Source: Eledone cirrhosa
Taxonomy: Eukaryota
DNA length: 64,000 bases
Direction of reading: 5' to 3'
Assembly (NCBI GenBank): GCA_964016885.1
Contig: OZ024740.1
Span: forward strand, 315,828,001 to 315,892,000
A program made the translations under genes and the position numbers. The notes under the pieces were generated by a model. It was not told the DNA's origin and ran no database searches. It saw nothing but the letters and a program-made list of their open reading frames with translations. Positions 42,288 through 55,332 of the stretch are shown one piece after another; the stretch's first letter is position 1, and every line of letters starts with the position of its first letter.

Positions 42288-42353
42288 TATTTCATTATAT
42301 ATATTTCAGGGATATCATATTAAAAATATGGTATGCCTTCTTCAGACAAAATA
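42288..42353 (-). ncRNA. Type I hammerhead ribozyme (family A)
   Basis: Reverse complement of 43198-43263. Confidence 0.85.
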
Positions 42354-42757
42354 CAATATAAACAGTCTTATAAATAGATAGATTTGACATACCTTACAAC
42401 TTCAACTTCCATTTTTATCTCAGTTTTTTATCTCAGTTTTTTTATCTCAGTTTTTTTATCTCATTTTTTTTATCTCAGTTTTTTAATCTCAGTTTTTTAT
42501 CTGTTCTGATATAAACCTAGGAATTTTAAACTAGACATATGATCATTATTTTTCACACATTATTGATACGTGTCTCATTCATGAATACTGATATTTACAT
42601 TATAATACCTAATTCATACGAATTGATATTTTTAGATTGATGAAACATAATGTTTTAAATCTGCCTCGTTTATCTCTGGATATTTTTCTTTTCTCTCTAT
42701 GTAACGGCTGTTTTCTCTCCTAACCACATATATCTCTCTCTACCTTAATACTAGAAC

Positions 42758-42788
<31 letters not shown>

Positions 42789-42871
42789 ATATATCATTGA
42801 TACGTCATTCAACTGGTGCCCAACTACCTATTTTCTTTCTCTCTATCTCTATCTATATCTATCTCTCTCTA

Positions 42872-42943
<72 letters not shown>

Positions 42944-43197
42944 CCCTCTGTGTTTTTTTCTCTCTCTATCTATTTCTCTCTGTTTTTTGTTTACATGAAT
43001 TTCTTCTCTCTATCTATCTCTCTATATCTCTCTCTCTCTGTTTTTCGTTGCATGCATTTCTTCTTTTTCTTCGCTTTCTTTCTTTCTTTCTTTTTATAAC
43101 TGTCCCTAACATTTTTCACTACCAAATCAACTTTTTAAATGGAAGTTGAAGTTGTAAGGTATGTCAAATCTATCTATTTATAAGACTGTTTATATTG

Positions 43198-43263
43198 TAT
43201 TTTGTCTGAAGAAGGCATACCATATTTTTAATATGATATCCCTGAAATATATATAATGAAATA
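43198..43263 (+). ncRNA. Type I hammerhead ribozyme (family A)
   Basis: UAUUUUGU-CUGAAGA-AGG..CAUAUU/AAUAUG..CCU-GAA-AUAUAUAU-A-AUGAAAUA; 8 bp stem I with two G-U pairs. Confidence 0.85.
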
Positions 43264-43412
43264 AATATGGTTTTATAAATATAGTTTCCATTTATTTAAT
43301 ATCGTAAATATACTCCAAATACTTGTTGAGTGCTTTTATATCAGTTATAAATATTTACTCGTTGTAACCCAACAATTTAAATAAAACTTTGCATATATAT
43401 ATATATATATAT

Positions 43413-43465
<53 letters not shown>

Positions 43466-43825
43466 TGTGTGTACAAGAATACACATACACACACACACAT
43501 ATATATACACATACATACATTCACACAAACATACAACGTACATACATACACATACATGAATGCACTCCACTACATATTCACACACGCAAATAAATATAAG
43601 AAAAAAATATATAAATATATATTTACAAATTTTTGACAGCGATACATGCCCCAGCTAACAGGACAGACACGCGTAGTAAGTAATACACACAAAAGCACAT
43701 ATACATACGTACGAAATAGTAAACACATACACACACTCTCACACATAAATATACATATACAAACACGTACACGTATATAATATAAACACACACATGTATA
43801 TGTAATTATATACACACACACACAT

Positions 43826-43870
<45 letters not shown>

Positions 43871-44220
43871 CAAAAAATATAAAAATATAAACGCACACAC
43901 ACATATAAATACGTAAACACACATATACATACATAGCTAAAGAATTATACACATGCAAATACGTATATATCAAAAGCACGCACAACCAAATACAAACACA
44001 CATATACATACATAGCTAAACAATTATACACATGCAAATACGTATATATCAAAAGCACGCACAACCAAATACAAACACACACATACACACACACACCCAC
44101 ACATACATAAAAATAAATAAATACACACGCACACATATACATACATACACATACATATACACATATATACATATATGTATGTATACATACATACACATAC
44201 ATATACACATATATACATAT

Positions 44221-44778
44221 ATGAATGTAGTTAAGATCAGCTACTCTTGTTGCCCATCCATGAAGTCCCAAATCACCAGTTCAAACCGTACGAGGATAAA
44301 TCCAGGATGCAGTTGCAGGAAGCCAGATGAATGCCCATTGCAGGGTAAATGTAACACAAAATCTGTCGTTTATGAGGCTAAGATAACGCCAGTTATCAAC
44401 AACCAGCCAGCCAGGAGTGAGCGATATATCGGTATGACCCAGGACAGGTTTAAAACCAGATTTTACTCACATGTCGCTTCTTTTAAGCACTCTGATAAAC
44501 GAACATCAACGGCCCTCGCAAGTAAGGTATGGGATCTCAAGGATAGTAATATCCCGTACTCTATTGATTGGTCTATATTAGACCATTCGAGGGAGTACCA
44601 AAGGGGCACAAAGAATTGTTCTTTGTGCACCACAGAAAAGTATAGGATTTTGCTAAACTTGAGAGCCACTTCCGCTTGCCTTAACTCAAAGACTGAGATC
44701 TTCAGATGCTGTCCTCATCTGAAATCGCATCTGATCTGTAACTGGATTGACACTCCTATGAGAAATCAACCGCCTTGA
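44221..44778 (+). mobile_element. Second Penelope-like (Naiad-type) GIY-YIG ORF remnant, 5'-truncated
   Basis: NVVKISYSCCPSMK, CSCRKPDECPLQGKC, VVY, YIGMT, FKTRFYSH, TALASKVWDLK, CSLCTTEK, LNSKTE, CPH. The ORF portion upstream of 44221 is microsatellite. Confidence 0.88.
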
Positions 44779-45014
44779 ACTCCTTCTCTGCTCTTTACTT
44801 TTGCTACGGTTTTTATTTTGCTGACTCTACCTTCTGTACTCTTGTATATTTAAAAAAAATGTTTCTCCCTTACCTCCCCTTATATTTTACCTTCTCTTAT
44901 GCCCCCCCCCCCATATATTCTTTTTGTTTTGCCCTTCACATACCTATGTGTATGTGTATGTATTTTTGTGTGTATATATATATGTGTATATATATATATA
45001 TGTATGTATATATT

Positions 45015-45058
<44 letters not shown>

Positions 45059-45132
45059 CGTGTGTGTATGTGTGTATATAATTGTATATTTGTGTGTGTA
45101 TATGTATGTATATGTGGATAAACCAGGCTTTT

Positions 45133-45190
45133 TTTCATTCTAAAGATTGAAGGAAACTTTTTTGCTTTTAAGAAACCTCTGGTGAATGGA
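45133..45190 (+). ncRNA. Degenerate hammerhead (family B), probably inactive
   Basis: Homologous to 41772-41831, but the core is CUAAAGA (G5A) and G sits at the cleavage position. It lies 355 bp downstream of the GIY-YIG ORF on the same strand. Confidence 0.7.
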
Positions 45191-45385
45191 TTAATTGCCT
45201 TGTATGGCTTTATTACTTTACTACTATATATACGTTTATGTAAGGTTCATTTGTCTTATCTAATACTGAGCAAATATCTAAAATTAAAGTTAATTTAAGT
45301 ACTTTTTGTAATTAAAAAAACTGTTAATTTCTCTTGTTTATTAATGTCATATTAAAAATGTTAACTGTAGATAAATAACATTGAC

Positions 45386-47420
45386 ATGATGTCTACTGCA
45401 AAGAAGCTGAAGTTAGATACCAGCAGTAAGGTTAGACAGTGGTGTGATGATTATGTTAGATGTGGATTTCAAAAAGCTGACACTAAAAAAGATACACCAG
45501 ATCAGCCCATGTGTTTGCTATGTTCAAAAGTTCTATCAAATAGCTGTTTAAATCCTGCAAAACTTAAAAGACACATTGATACTAATCACACTAATGATAA
45601 AAACAAGTCACTGGAATACTTTACTTCGCGGAAAAACAACATAAAAAAATCACAAGCTAATATGTATGACTTGTTTTGTAAAAAGTCAGATAGAAATAAA
45701 GCTTTAACAAGAACATCTTTTGAGATTTCACATTTGATTGGTAAAAACAAGAAACCATTTACATTAGGAGAACAGTTAATTCTGCCAAGTATAAAAATTG
45801 CTACAGAGAATCTTTTTGAAAGCTGCAGTATTAAGGACAAAGAAAAATTAAGCCAGTTACCATTGTCAGCAAATACCGTAAAAAGAGGGATAATTGATAT
45901 TTCTTCTGATATAGAAAATCAGATACTAACTGCACTAAAGAAAAGCCCATGTTTTGGACTGCAAGTGGACGAAACTACGGATATTAATAACAAGGCTCAA
46001 TTAATTTGCTATGTACGGTTTGTAGACCTTGATAAAAAAGAATTAGTAGAAGAGTATTTGTTTTGTCTGGCATTAGACATCACAACTAAAGGTCAAGATA
46101 TATTCAATAAAATTGAAGAGTATTTTTTTTTAAATGGTGTATCTTGGAGCAAGTTGACTTCAATAACAACAGATGGAGCAGCTGCAATGACTGGTAAAAA
46201 TTCTGGTTTGATTGCAAAAATTAAAGAACAGACCCCAAATTGTATTTCAAATCATTGTATGATTCATCGAGAGGTTTTGTGTTAAAAAAAATTCAAAGAC
46301 AGAGATGCTCAAATATTAAATGACCAGCTGAAAGACATTGTCAAAATTATCAATTTGATCCATGCAAGAGCAAAAATTCTAGAATGTTTGAATCTATTTG
46401 TGAATCTTCTGGAAGTAATTATAATAGATTGTTATTGAACAATGATGTGCGTTGGCTGTCTTTTGGGGATGCTATGAAGAGAGTTTTTGAACTGAGAGAA
46501 GAAATAATAGTTTTTCTAAAAAAACAGAATGATGAAAGAGCAAGTGTATTAGAAACCAATGAATGGAATGTGCAACTCGCTTATTTAGTAGACATTTTTG
46601 GTGAACTGAACAAACTAAATAAGTGTCTTCAGGGTAACAATGCAGATATTTTTACTTCAATCAATTTTATTACATATTTTCAATCAAAATTAAACATCTT
46701 TATAAAAAGAATTGTATCGGACAATTACTTTCAAACCTTGAAATAGAGCTTAAAAAGAGAGAAAATTTTGACTCCAGCAATCTAAAGAAGATTATTCTTT
46801 CTCATTTAAATGTGCTTTCCACAGGTTTTTCAGATTATTTTGACTTGATGGAAAAAGATATTGTTAGCGGAAATTTATGGATAAAAAACCCCTTCACCGA
46901 GATCGAGCAGTTAGTGTCAGAAAATGACGCTGGAAATTGTAAAAATGTACTACCTGCCCAATGCTTACATCAGTTGATGGATTTGAATTCAAACGAAGAC
47001 CTGAAAGTGATATTCGAAAGCAGAAAGAAAGAACTATGGATCGACTTATTCTTGATTGGGGAGTTTAATGAAATCAGCCAACTTGCATTGAAGTATTTGA
47101 CTTTATTCCCATCTAGCTATTTGTGCGAAAAAGGGTTTTCGCAGTTGGTGGAAATCTGCACAAAGAAGAGGAATAAACTGTCAGCAATTGACGAGTGTAT
47201 GAAACTGGCATTAACTAGTGTTGAACCTCGATTTTCTAAACTCACTGATGAGGCGCAGCAGCAGAAAAGCCATTGTGTTCGATTACATACACACGCATGA
47301 AACACTAAAATAAATAAATACTTTATTATTTTTTTTGAAAAGTTTTGTATTGTATAGGTTCCGTGAAGAATTCAAAATATTTAGAGGGTTCCTCGGTTTT
47401 AGAAAGGTTGGCGACCACTG
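45386..47420 (+). mobile_element. hAT (Buster/Charlie-like) transposon with frameshifted transposase; only the right TIR is visible
   Basis: BED finger PMCLLC...LKRHIDTNH, QVDETTD, TTDGAAAMTG, HCMIH, RWLS and YLCEKGFS over three ORFs. Right end ggttggcgaccactg at 47406-47420 is followed by ccttaaag (nnnTAnnn). Confidence 0.9.
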
Positions 47421-47555
47421 CCTTAAAGCATCAAAAGGCCTTATAATTAAACTTAAAAAAGTTTATTATTAAATTAGATATATGCATTTGTCTAAATATA
47501 AACAAAGATTATATTGTCTAAAGATTAAGATGATACCTATCATTTATATATAATA

Positions 47556-48541
47556 CTAGCAGTAAAGCCCGGCGTTGCTCGGGGTCGCTCAGTAGCTGTG
47601 TTAAAGTTACAATGTTAAGTTTCTTTTTTGGCTTAAAAACTGTAGTGTCTACTGTGCAGACTTGCATGTCGTGTTTTTGATTAATATTCCCTCAACCAAC
47701 AATATGCCTTATGAAGTTAAGAAAACATAACGATAACCCGAATGTTATAACAAAAGAGGATGCTGGGGATAAAAACTGCACTGGTTATTTATTAACAAAG
47801 ATCGAAAATGTAAACACTGCAACGCAGAGAAAAACATTAGCGTAACCAAATTATCAGTTATGTCTGTCTGCACGCCTATATCACCTCTCTGCACGACTAT
47901 CTGTCTGCACGCCTATATCACCTCTCTGCACGACTATCTGTCTGCACGCCTATATCACCTCTCTGCACGACTGTCTGTCTGCACGCCTATATCACCTCTC
48001 TGCACGACTCTGTCTGCACGCGTATATCACCTCTCTGCACGACTGTCTGTCTGCACGACTGTCTGTCTGCACGCCTAACGACGAAATATTTGCTTGTTTT
48101 ACGTAGTCTTTAAATAGACTTGTTTTCAAGTAAAAATATTGTTTTAAAATGCTTTTAAATGGAAATGAAGCAAAACGGAAACTTAGTGTTCGAACTGATG
48201 AATTTTGCAGGTCAATATTTTGCTGGCTCGACGACAACTGTTCGTGTATTGTGTTAATGTCATTTTAAACGCTGAGAAAGCCAGCGTAATTGTTTACGTA
48301 AGACGCTCAATGTAAACAGAACAAAGGGAAATAACTGATAACTTACGCTCAAAAATCGATACATTATATTCGATTTCGTCACATAGGGTGGGTCAATTTG
48401 AAATTTTTTTTTTCCGATGTCTTCGCTAGGGCTCAATGTACAAGTATAGCAATTTCGGTGCAATTCCGTGAGAGATTCTAAGAGGAGATGTGTGCCAAAA
48501 ATCGATAGACAGACAGACAACCACAGTTTTATATATAGAGA
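47556..48541 (-). mobile_element. Non-autonomous Helitron with 37 bp internal minisatellite (47862-48076)
   Basis: Minus-strand 5' end is A|TCTCTATATATAAAA. The 3' end has hairpin cccgagcaacgccggg then CTAG|T. There is no TSD, and the empty site is preserved in the inverted arm at about 50123-50152. Confidence 0.88.
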
Positions 48542-49452
48542 TAATATAATACAATAAATAAGTTACTGATAATATTGTTAAAAATTAAGATTTTAGATCA
48601 ATTATTATAATAAGGTCATGTAACACATATACTATAAATATACAAGTCAAACTTCTTGAATCATACGGATAAGAATCTGATTCAAAGTAAAAAAGTGAAT
48701 TGTCTGCGGTCTTAGATTTTCTTTATAAATTTATATAGTAGTATAATGTGTCTGCAAACATTAGAAAGAGAAAGCCCAAGGATTTCATTGACCCGAAGGT
48801 AAGCCAAATTTAATTAAATTAAATTAAATAATAATCGTTATATAACTTAGAAAATTTAGAAAATATTTAGAACATATTTAACGATTATAACACTAGAAAG
48901 TCATTAAAGTATTTAAAGTACTTATAAATGTAACTAGAAGCTTGTTATTATACTAGATATACAGATTGTTCAAATATAAATAGAGTATTCCAGATATTAG
49001 TGATCGATATACATATAATAAATAATTAGTACAATCATTGCTAATAATGTTATAATTGAAGTTTTACATCAAGTTAAGTGGAAAAAAGTTTGTCGACTAG
49101 TATGGTGTGTGATGTATATACCGTAAATATATATAAATAAAATATATAAATCAAACTTCCTGAATCGTAAAACATACTCCAAATGAATAAATATACAAAA
49201 ACATAAATGCATGAATGATTTACGGTACATTATAACTGTTAAGCATATAAGCCATATATTAAAAAAAATATACAAGAATCCCAGTCAAAATTAAATATAT
49301 CTTAACAATCAAAAGATATACACATTCCTCAAGAGATCACGTTAACCAATAATATGTTTATATACCTAAACAGGACCCTTTAATCTAACATTAATCATCT
49401 CATAAAAGAATTAAAAAATAAAAATTATTAAAGTTTTATAATCTATAACGTT

Positions 49453-49761
49453 TTAGGTACACAGTTGATAAGAGACGTCAAACATTAGAACCTGCTTATT
49501 TAGTGATTTTTTCCTGACTTTTTGCGAGGCTTGGAATGTAGACAAAGCTTTATGAAGGCAGTTTGAGAATAATTCACTCTTTTTGTTAATTAAATTTTCA
49601 CAATCAGTAATTATTAAAAGGGTCTCCATGGTACAGAGGTTGCAGTTAGGTGATATTGACGAATTTAAATAAATTCTACTATTACATAACTTCACCCAAG
49701 AAATCGAGTATTTTAAGTTTTTGTCTTTTAATGACCATATAAGTTGTGATAAAGAAGAATC
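49453..49761 (-). pseudogene. Third Naiad-type GIY-YIG remnant (C-terminal half only)
   Basis: In-frame DSSLSQLIWSLKDKNLKYSISW...CNLCTMETLLI...LINKKSELFSNCLHK aligns with the C-termini of the other two ORFs. Confidence 0.8.
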
Positions 49762-51106
49762 CTAATAGAAAATATTTAGAACATATTTAACGATTATAAA
49801 TCGTTAAATATGTTCTAAATATTTTCTAAGTTATATAACGATTATTATTTTATTTAATTTAATTAAATTTGGCTTACCTTCGGGTCAATGAAATCCTTAG
49901 GCTTTCTCTTTCTAATGTTTGCAGACACATTATACTACTATATAAATTTATAAAGAAAATCTAAGATCGCAGACAATTCACTTTTTCACTTTGAATCAGA
50001 TTCTTATCCGTATGATTCAAGAAGTTTGACTTGTATATTTATAGTATATATGTGTTACATGACCTTATTATAATAATTGATCTAAAACCTTAATTTTTAA
50101 CAATATTATCAGTAACTTATTTATTGTATTATATTATGTTTTATATAAATGATAGGTATCACCTTAATCTTTAGATAATATAATCTTTGTTTATATTTAG
50201 ACAAATGCATATATCTAATTTAATAATAAACCTTTTTAAGTTTAATTATAAGGCCTTTTGATGCTTTACGGCATTCTAATTGTTAATCTGAATTTTTTTA
50301 AATTATAACTAATTATTTTATAAATTATATAATGCGAATTATCTTCAATATAATATAAATAATTAAATATATTATAATAAAATTAATAAGAATTACATCC
50401 GAGAGGATGAAAAATAGCATGTTTGCAAATAGTTTAAATATGAATTCATAAAATATGATTTTATAAATTAAATATGATAGTATACTTTAATATTAATACA
50501 GATATTTATAAATTTTTATAGCCTGAAATATACACTTTAATTAATTCATTACTCTGAACTAACTTAAATGATTTGAAAGTTAACGGTCAACCGGATACGT
50601 TTTGATAGTATATATAACTAATTAACTAAGGAAATTAACCTTTATTGATTACACCCAGTTATATTTAGGATTTAGATTAATGAGTATTTCTAGATAATTC
50701 AATGATTCGAGTTTACTCTATCGCATAGCTATGCCCAAATGTATAGTTATGTATAGATATATATAATTCATCCCTCCCTATAATTATAATTATTCCTCTT
50801 TGTCTCCCTTTCCTTGATCAATTCTCTTTTGCTCTCTATACTTCTTCTAGCTATATTTTCCCCTCATCTGTTTTCTCTCTGTCTTTTTTTCTTTCCTCTT
50901 TCTTCAATAATTATTTGAATCTCTAACAGTTATGTAAATTACTGATATGTATTTTTAAGCTTTCTTACACGCACCCTCTGTGTTATATGTAAGTTTTTTC
51001 ATGTATCAATCTTAAAGTATATACATATTGAGTTTTGTCATATCTTACTCACTACCATGACTGGATCTTAACCATCTACTATGTCAGGGTATGTCATGCA
51101 TCATCT

Positions 51107-51173
51107 TATTTTATCTGATGAGGACATACTGTTGAAGTTAGCTCAGTACCTCTGAAATATGTATAATAAAATA
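51107..51173 (+). ncRNA. Type I hammerhead ribozyme
   Basis: UAUUUUAU-CUGAUGA-GGA..UACUG/CAGUA..UCU-GAA-AUAUGUAU-A-AUAAAAUA. Confidence 0.82.
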
Positions 51174-51473
51174 TACTTGATCACAAGAAGTTCTATTTTT
51201 GTTAATATTTTGAATTAATATTAATAACTCCGGAAAACCATTTTTGTTGAGTGCTTCCAATCTATTGTAAAACTAATTCTTTGATTTATTCATTGAATCT
51301 TGTTTAACCTTTAAATATATATATATCTAAAGGTTAAATATATACAGTCTTATACACGCCACGCATCTCAACGTACACCCACTTACATCTCTCTCTCCAC
51401 CACCGGATCTTGTTATCCGGAGATTTACCCATCTGCATTGTCGAGGCTTCCAAACGACTTAAAAATTTTTACC

Positions 51474-51504
<31 letters not shown>

Positions 51505-51506
51505 TT

Positions 51507-51950
51507 ATCATCATCATCACTGTTTAACGTCTAATTTTCCACGCTAGTATGGGTTAGATATGTTGTCCCGTTGTGAGTCAAGTTAGGTCAGATGACCATG
51601 TCTTGCCCATATAGAACTGTTTCTGGCTTGGTTTCTACGACTGGCTCTCCTTCCTAACGCCAATCACATTTACAGTGTGAACTGTGTGCCTTTTATTGTG
51701 ACACTAAAACGACCACTTTACAGTGTGGACTGGACGTTTTTTGCCGTGGCACCACAAAGACCACTTTACAGTATGGAATGAGTGCTTTTGTCGTGGCACC
51801 AAAACGACTATTTTAGAATGTGGTCATCGCTTTTTGCCGCAGCAGTAAAGTGACCACTTTACAGTATGGACTGGGTGCTTGGCACCAAAATGGCCACTTT
51901 TATCGTGTTACCATCACGCCCCCTTTACAGATTCAACTTGGTGCTTTTGT
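51507..51950 (-). repeat. (CAT)n RTE-tail-associated repeat with ~43 bp tandem units
   Basis: catcatcatcactgtttaacgtc...gctagtatggg followed by tttacagtgtggactgg units. Confidence 0.6.
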
Positions 51951-52550
51951 CATAGGTGTAGGGTGGGGTATTTTGTTGGTGAAGGGTGGAGTGTTAAGAC
52001 TGTCATATATATTATATAGAATCATCAAGTGGAAAAATGCGTAGTACATAGTATAGAGTATAATTATATTCATTTGGCTGTTATCATCTCCCATTATTTC
52101 AAATTTCATGTATGTTTAATCAGTTAGATAGACTTGTTGGTCTATGATACACAAATATATACCTGAACCCGTTTAGAATGGAGTTGAGTTTGCTATAAAA
52201 AGGTTCACCCGTGAAGGGGATATAAACTGAAGAAAGAAAACAAGGTAGTGACAGAGACGAGCATTTGCATAGCCGTAGTTCCTCCCCGCCATACCCCCCC
52301 CCCCCCATCGTTTGGGCAGTGCACAGCTTGGTCTCCAACACTGACCAAACATGTAGGTTTCCTTAAGATTAGGTTGTCAAAGCGTTGCGGAGATATCAAG
52401 AATTTAAATGCGGGACTAATTCTAAGCACATATAATAACATAGGAATCGTTAGGGAATTCCTATGTATGAAAAAAAAAAGAAAAAAAAAACCTTGATGGT
52501 GCTTAATCACATCAATATTTTGGAATAATTATTTGATGATAATTATCGTT

Positions 52551-52590
52551 ACTAGCAGAAAAACCACCCTTCGGGTGGTTTTCTGCTTGC
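52551..52590. repeat. Helitron-type terminal palindrome (same as 901-939)
   Basis: actagcagaaaaaccacccttcgggtggttttctgct; the other end was not found. Confidence 0.5.
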
Positions 52591-52951
52591 ATGTGTAGTG
52601 TGCATATTGATATTATACGCAAGTATATATACATGTAGATATGATACATCAAATAACATCGTAATTGACAATATACACAGAAATTGAATGAAGACTGCGT
52701 TACACTCTCTTATGTAATCAGTAATGTAATCCATGATACATTAAAAAGAAGACGATATTATATATAAACTACATTAGGGGAAAATTAGTGACGGAAATAT
52801 ATGAATGTTTATTTAAGCGATCGCTAACCGGAAGTTGACATTTGAACATTTTAAAGAAGTGAATCTTTAAATAAACAATAAAATATATTCAATCAACAGC
52901 TACGAAATTTAGTAGATAAATTATGCAATATTCATTCATTATTTATTCAAA

Positions 52952-55175
52952 GGGCGGTGGATTGGCAGTATCGGTAGAGAGTCAGACACCATGCTTTCTA
53001 GCATAGTTACGTCCCTTTACGATCTGAGTTCAAATCCCGCCGAGGTTGACTTTGCCTTTCATCCTTACGGGGTCGATAAAATAAAGTACCAGTAATGCAC
53101 TGGGTAATTGCTGGCCTTGTGCCTAAAGTAGAAACAATTAGTTATTCAAAGTAATCCAACTTATTTTACTAATGGGATAAAAAAATTATAAACCGTACGC
53201 ATACCCGCACTCCTTACTTTATTATAGTTTAGATTATGATTTACCAAGGATTTAATCGACTTTCCCCTCCCCCAAAATTGCTGGCCTTGTGCCTATATAA
53301 GAAACCATTATTTACCAAGGTTAAGGGCGGTGGGTTGGCAAGTATCGGTAGAGCGTCAAACATAATGCTTTGCAGCATAGAGTTATGGCTCCTTATGTTC
53401 TGAGTTCGAATCCCGCCGAGGTAAGCTTTGCCTTTCATCCTTACGGGGTCGATAAAATAAAGCACCAGTAATGCACTGAGGTTGATTTAATGACCCCTCC
53501 CCCTCCCACCAACATTTTTTTTTTTATTGTTGTCTTTGTGGCTAAATCAGAAACTATTATTTAGCAATGTTAGTCCTAATCGAGCAGACCGATAATGAAA
53601 TGTATCCTGACCTAGACATTCTTTCTGTGGATATGTCGGACTACATTATCCAAAATTTGTTTTCTTTTCCAAAGACGGTAAAGTATGCTTTGAAAAACAT
53701 TTGGCTGCTATTTCTAGCAAGTCAAATGACTACATAGAAGTATAATTGTGTTTTTGAATGGTGGAGTATCTTGTAGGTCTGTCGATTGCTAAACTTGTTT
53801 AAGCGTTTGACAAATGCTTTGTGTTATTTGTTTCGGCATTTTACGGTCTTAGTTCAAATACCACTGAGGTCAATTTTCTCCTTCGTATATCCGTGGTCGA
53901 TAAAATAAAATACGAGTAATGGTAGTGAACAAAATGGTTTGCGGTATTTATCAATAGTTATAACTTTCTACGTGCTGAGTTCAAATCCCGTCGAAGTCAA
54001 CTTTGTCTTTCATCCTTCCAAGGTCGATAAAATAAAGTACCAGTTAAGTATTGGAGTCAATATAATCGAATTTCCCCCTTTTCCAAATTGCTGGCCTTGT
54101 GCCAATGTTAGAAAGAATAGGAGTGGCAGATTGATAGAATTGGTAGAGCGTTGGATGAAATACTATTGTGGTATTTGTTCTGGCTCTTTATATTCTGAGT
54201 TCAACCCCCACCGTGGTCAATTCTGCCTTTCATCCTTCCCGGGTCTATAAAATAAAGTATTATTCAAGTTGATTTAATCAACTTTGTCCTTACTAATTTG
54301 CCGATTTTGTGCCTAAATTAGAAATCAAAATGATATACCGGTCTCTCTCTCTCTCTCTCCTAGAAGCGGCTATGAGAAAGACGTGGAGACCATTCACAGT
54401 CAACGATTTTCAACGGATTACTGCAGAAGAAAGTGCTTGCCGAAGCTGTGACAGAGTATGGCGTCAGATGATGAGGATTTGTACGATATATTTTGTAAGT
54501 TACAAGATGCAATCATTGTTTGTAATCAACGATAATATATGGCTCTCAGGCTGTGGGTTGATAGAGTCGTTAGAACGTTGGATAGAATGCTTTGCGACAT
54601 TCGTTCCGACTCTCTACTCTGTGAGTTCGAATTCTGCCGAGATCAACGTTGCCTTTCATCCTTTTGAAGTCGATAAAAAAAAAAGTACCAGTCTAGTACT
54701 GAGATCGATTCTCCTTCTGTATATCTTTCTCACTTACATTCGATCACTCTCTCTATCCTTCTCTGGAAGAAATCTGCTGTGTTCAGACCTGGAGATATGG
54801 GCTCCGTCAGGTTTTAAAATGCCCCCCAAAACAACATATGTCAATATAGCGCCCCTACAACTCCATCTGGAGTTACGGGTTCATACATACATATACATAT
54901 AAATGCTTCTCAAGAAACATTTATGTTAGATTTATATTCATTTGGTTTAAATCAGAGATGATTTTCATCATAATTATATTGAATTTCTTTTGCTTAAAAG
55001 CATGAGTTTGAATCCCGATAATTACTGGTAATTAGTATATTGATCTATACTGTTGGAATAAGGCCTGAAGTTTTAGGGAAGGGAAAGTCGATTATATCGA
55101 CACCAGTATTTAACTGGTATATTATTTTATCGACTCTAGAATGATTTGGCTTCGGTGGGATTTGAACTCAGAATG
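52952..55175. mobile_element. Cluster of about seven tRNA-derived SINE copies
   Basis: B-box/core matches near 53027, 53402, 53851, 53977, 54197 and 54623 (+) and 55160 (-). Confidence 0.8.
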
Positions 55176-55209
55176 TAATGTCAGAATTTAGGGTTCCTGG
55201 CTTTGGATA

Positions 55210-55332
55210 AAAGAAAATACAGAAGGATCAATTAAAAGAAAATACAGGAGGATCAGTTAAAAGAAAATACAGGAGGATCAGTTAAAAGAAAATACAGGAG
55301 GATCAATTAAAAGAAAATACAGGAGGATCAGT
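55210..55332. repeat. 25 bp minisatellite, 5 units (aaagaaaatacaggaggatcagtta)
   Basis: Direct tandem repeats with no spacers. Confidence 0.9.

Larger units (their letters stand above)
42245..43390. mobile_element. Inverted pair of Penelope-like terminal repeats (170 bp arms at 42245-42414 and 43137-43306), each carrying a hammerhead
   Basis: The arms read as exact reverse complements. The 722 bp spacer contains a tttttatctcag tandem array and (CT)n. The unit is flanked by (TA)n. Confidence 0.85.
47421..51315. mobile_element. Penelope-like insertion with inverted duplication: minus-strand ORF end and 3' region, with an inverted copy continuing to a hammerhead-bearing terminus
   Basis: 47421-47555 plus 48542-48886 is the reverse complement of about 49799-50272. 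A GIY-YIG C-terminus lies at 49453-49761 and a hammerhead at 51107-51173. The unit ends in (TA)n. Confidence 0.75.

Noticed and set aside
45386-47300. Domesticated ZBED/SCAND-like host gene
   Set aside because: The transposase is broken into three ORFs and retains a right TIR, so it is a decayed transposon.
55210-55332. CRISPR-like array (also considered for 21415-21643, 47862-48076 and 11700-11990)
   Set aside because: Contiguous tandem units without unique spacers, eukaryotic context, and no cas genes.
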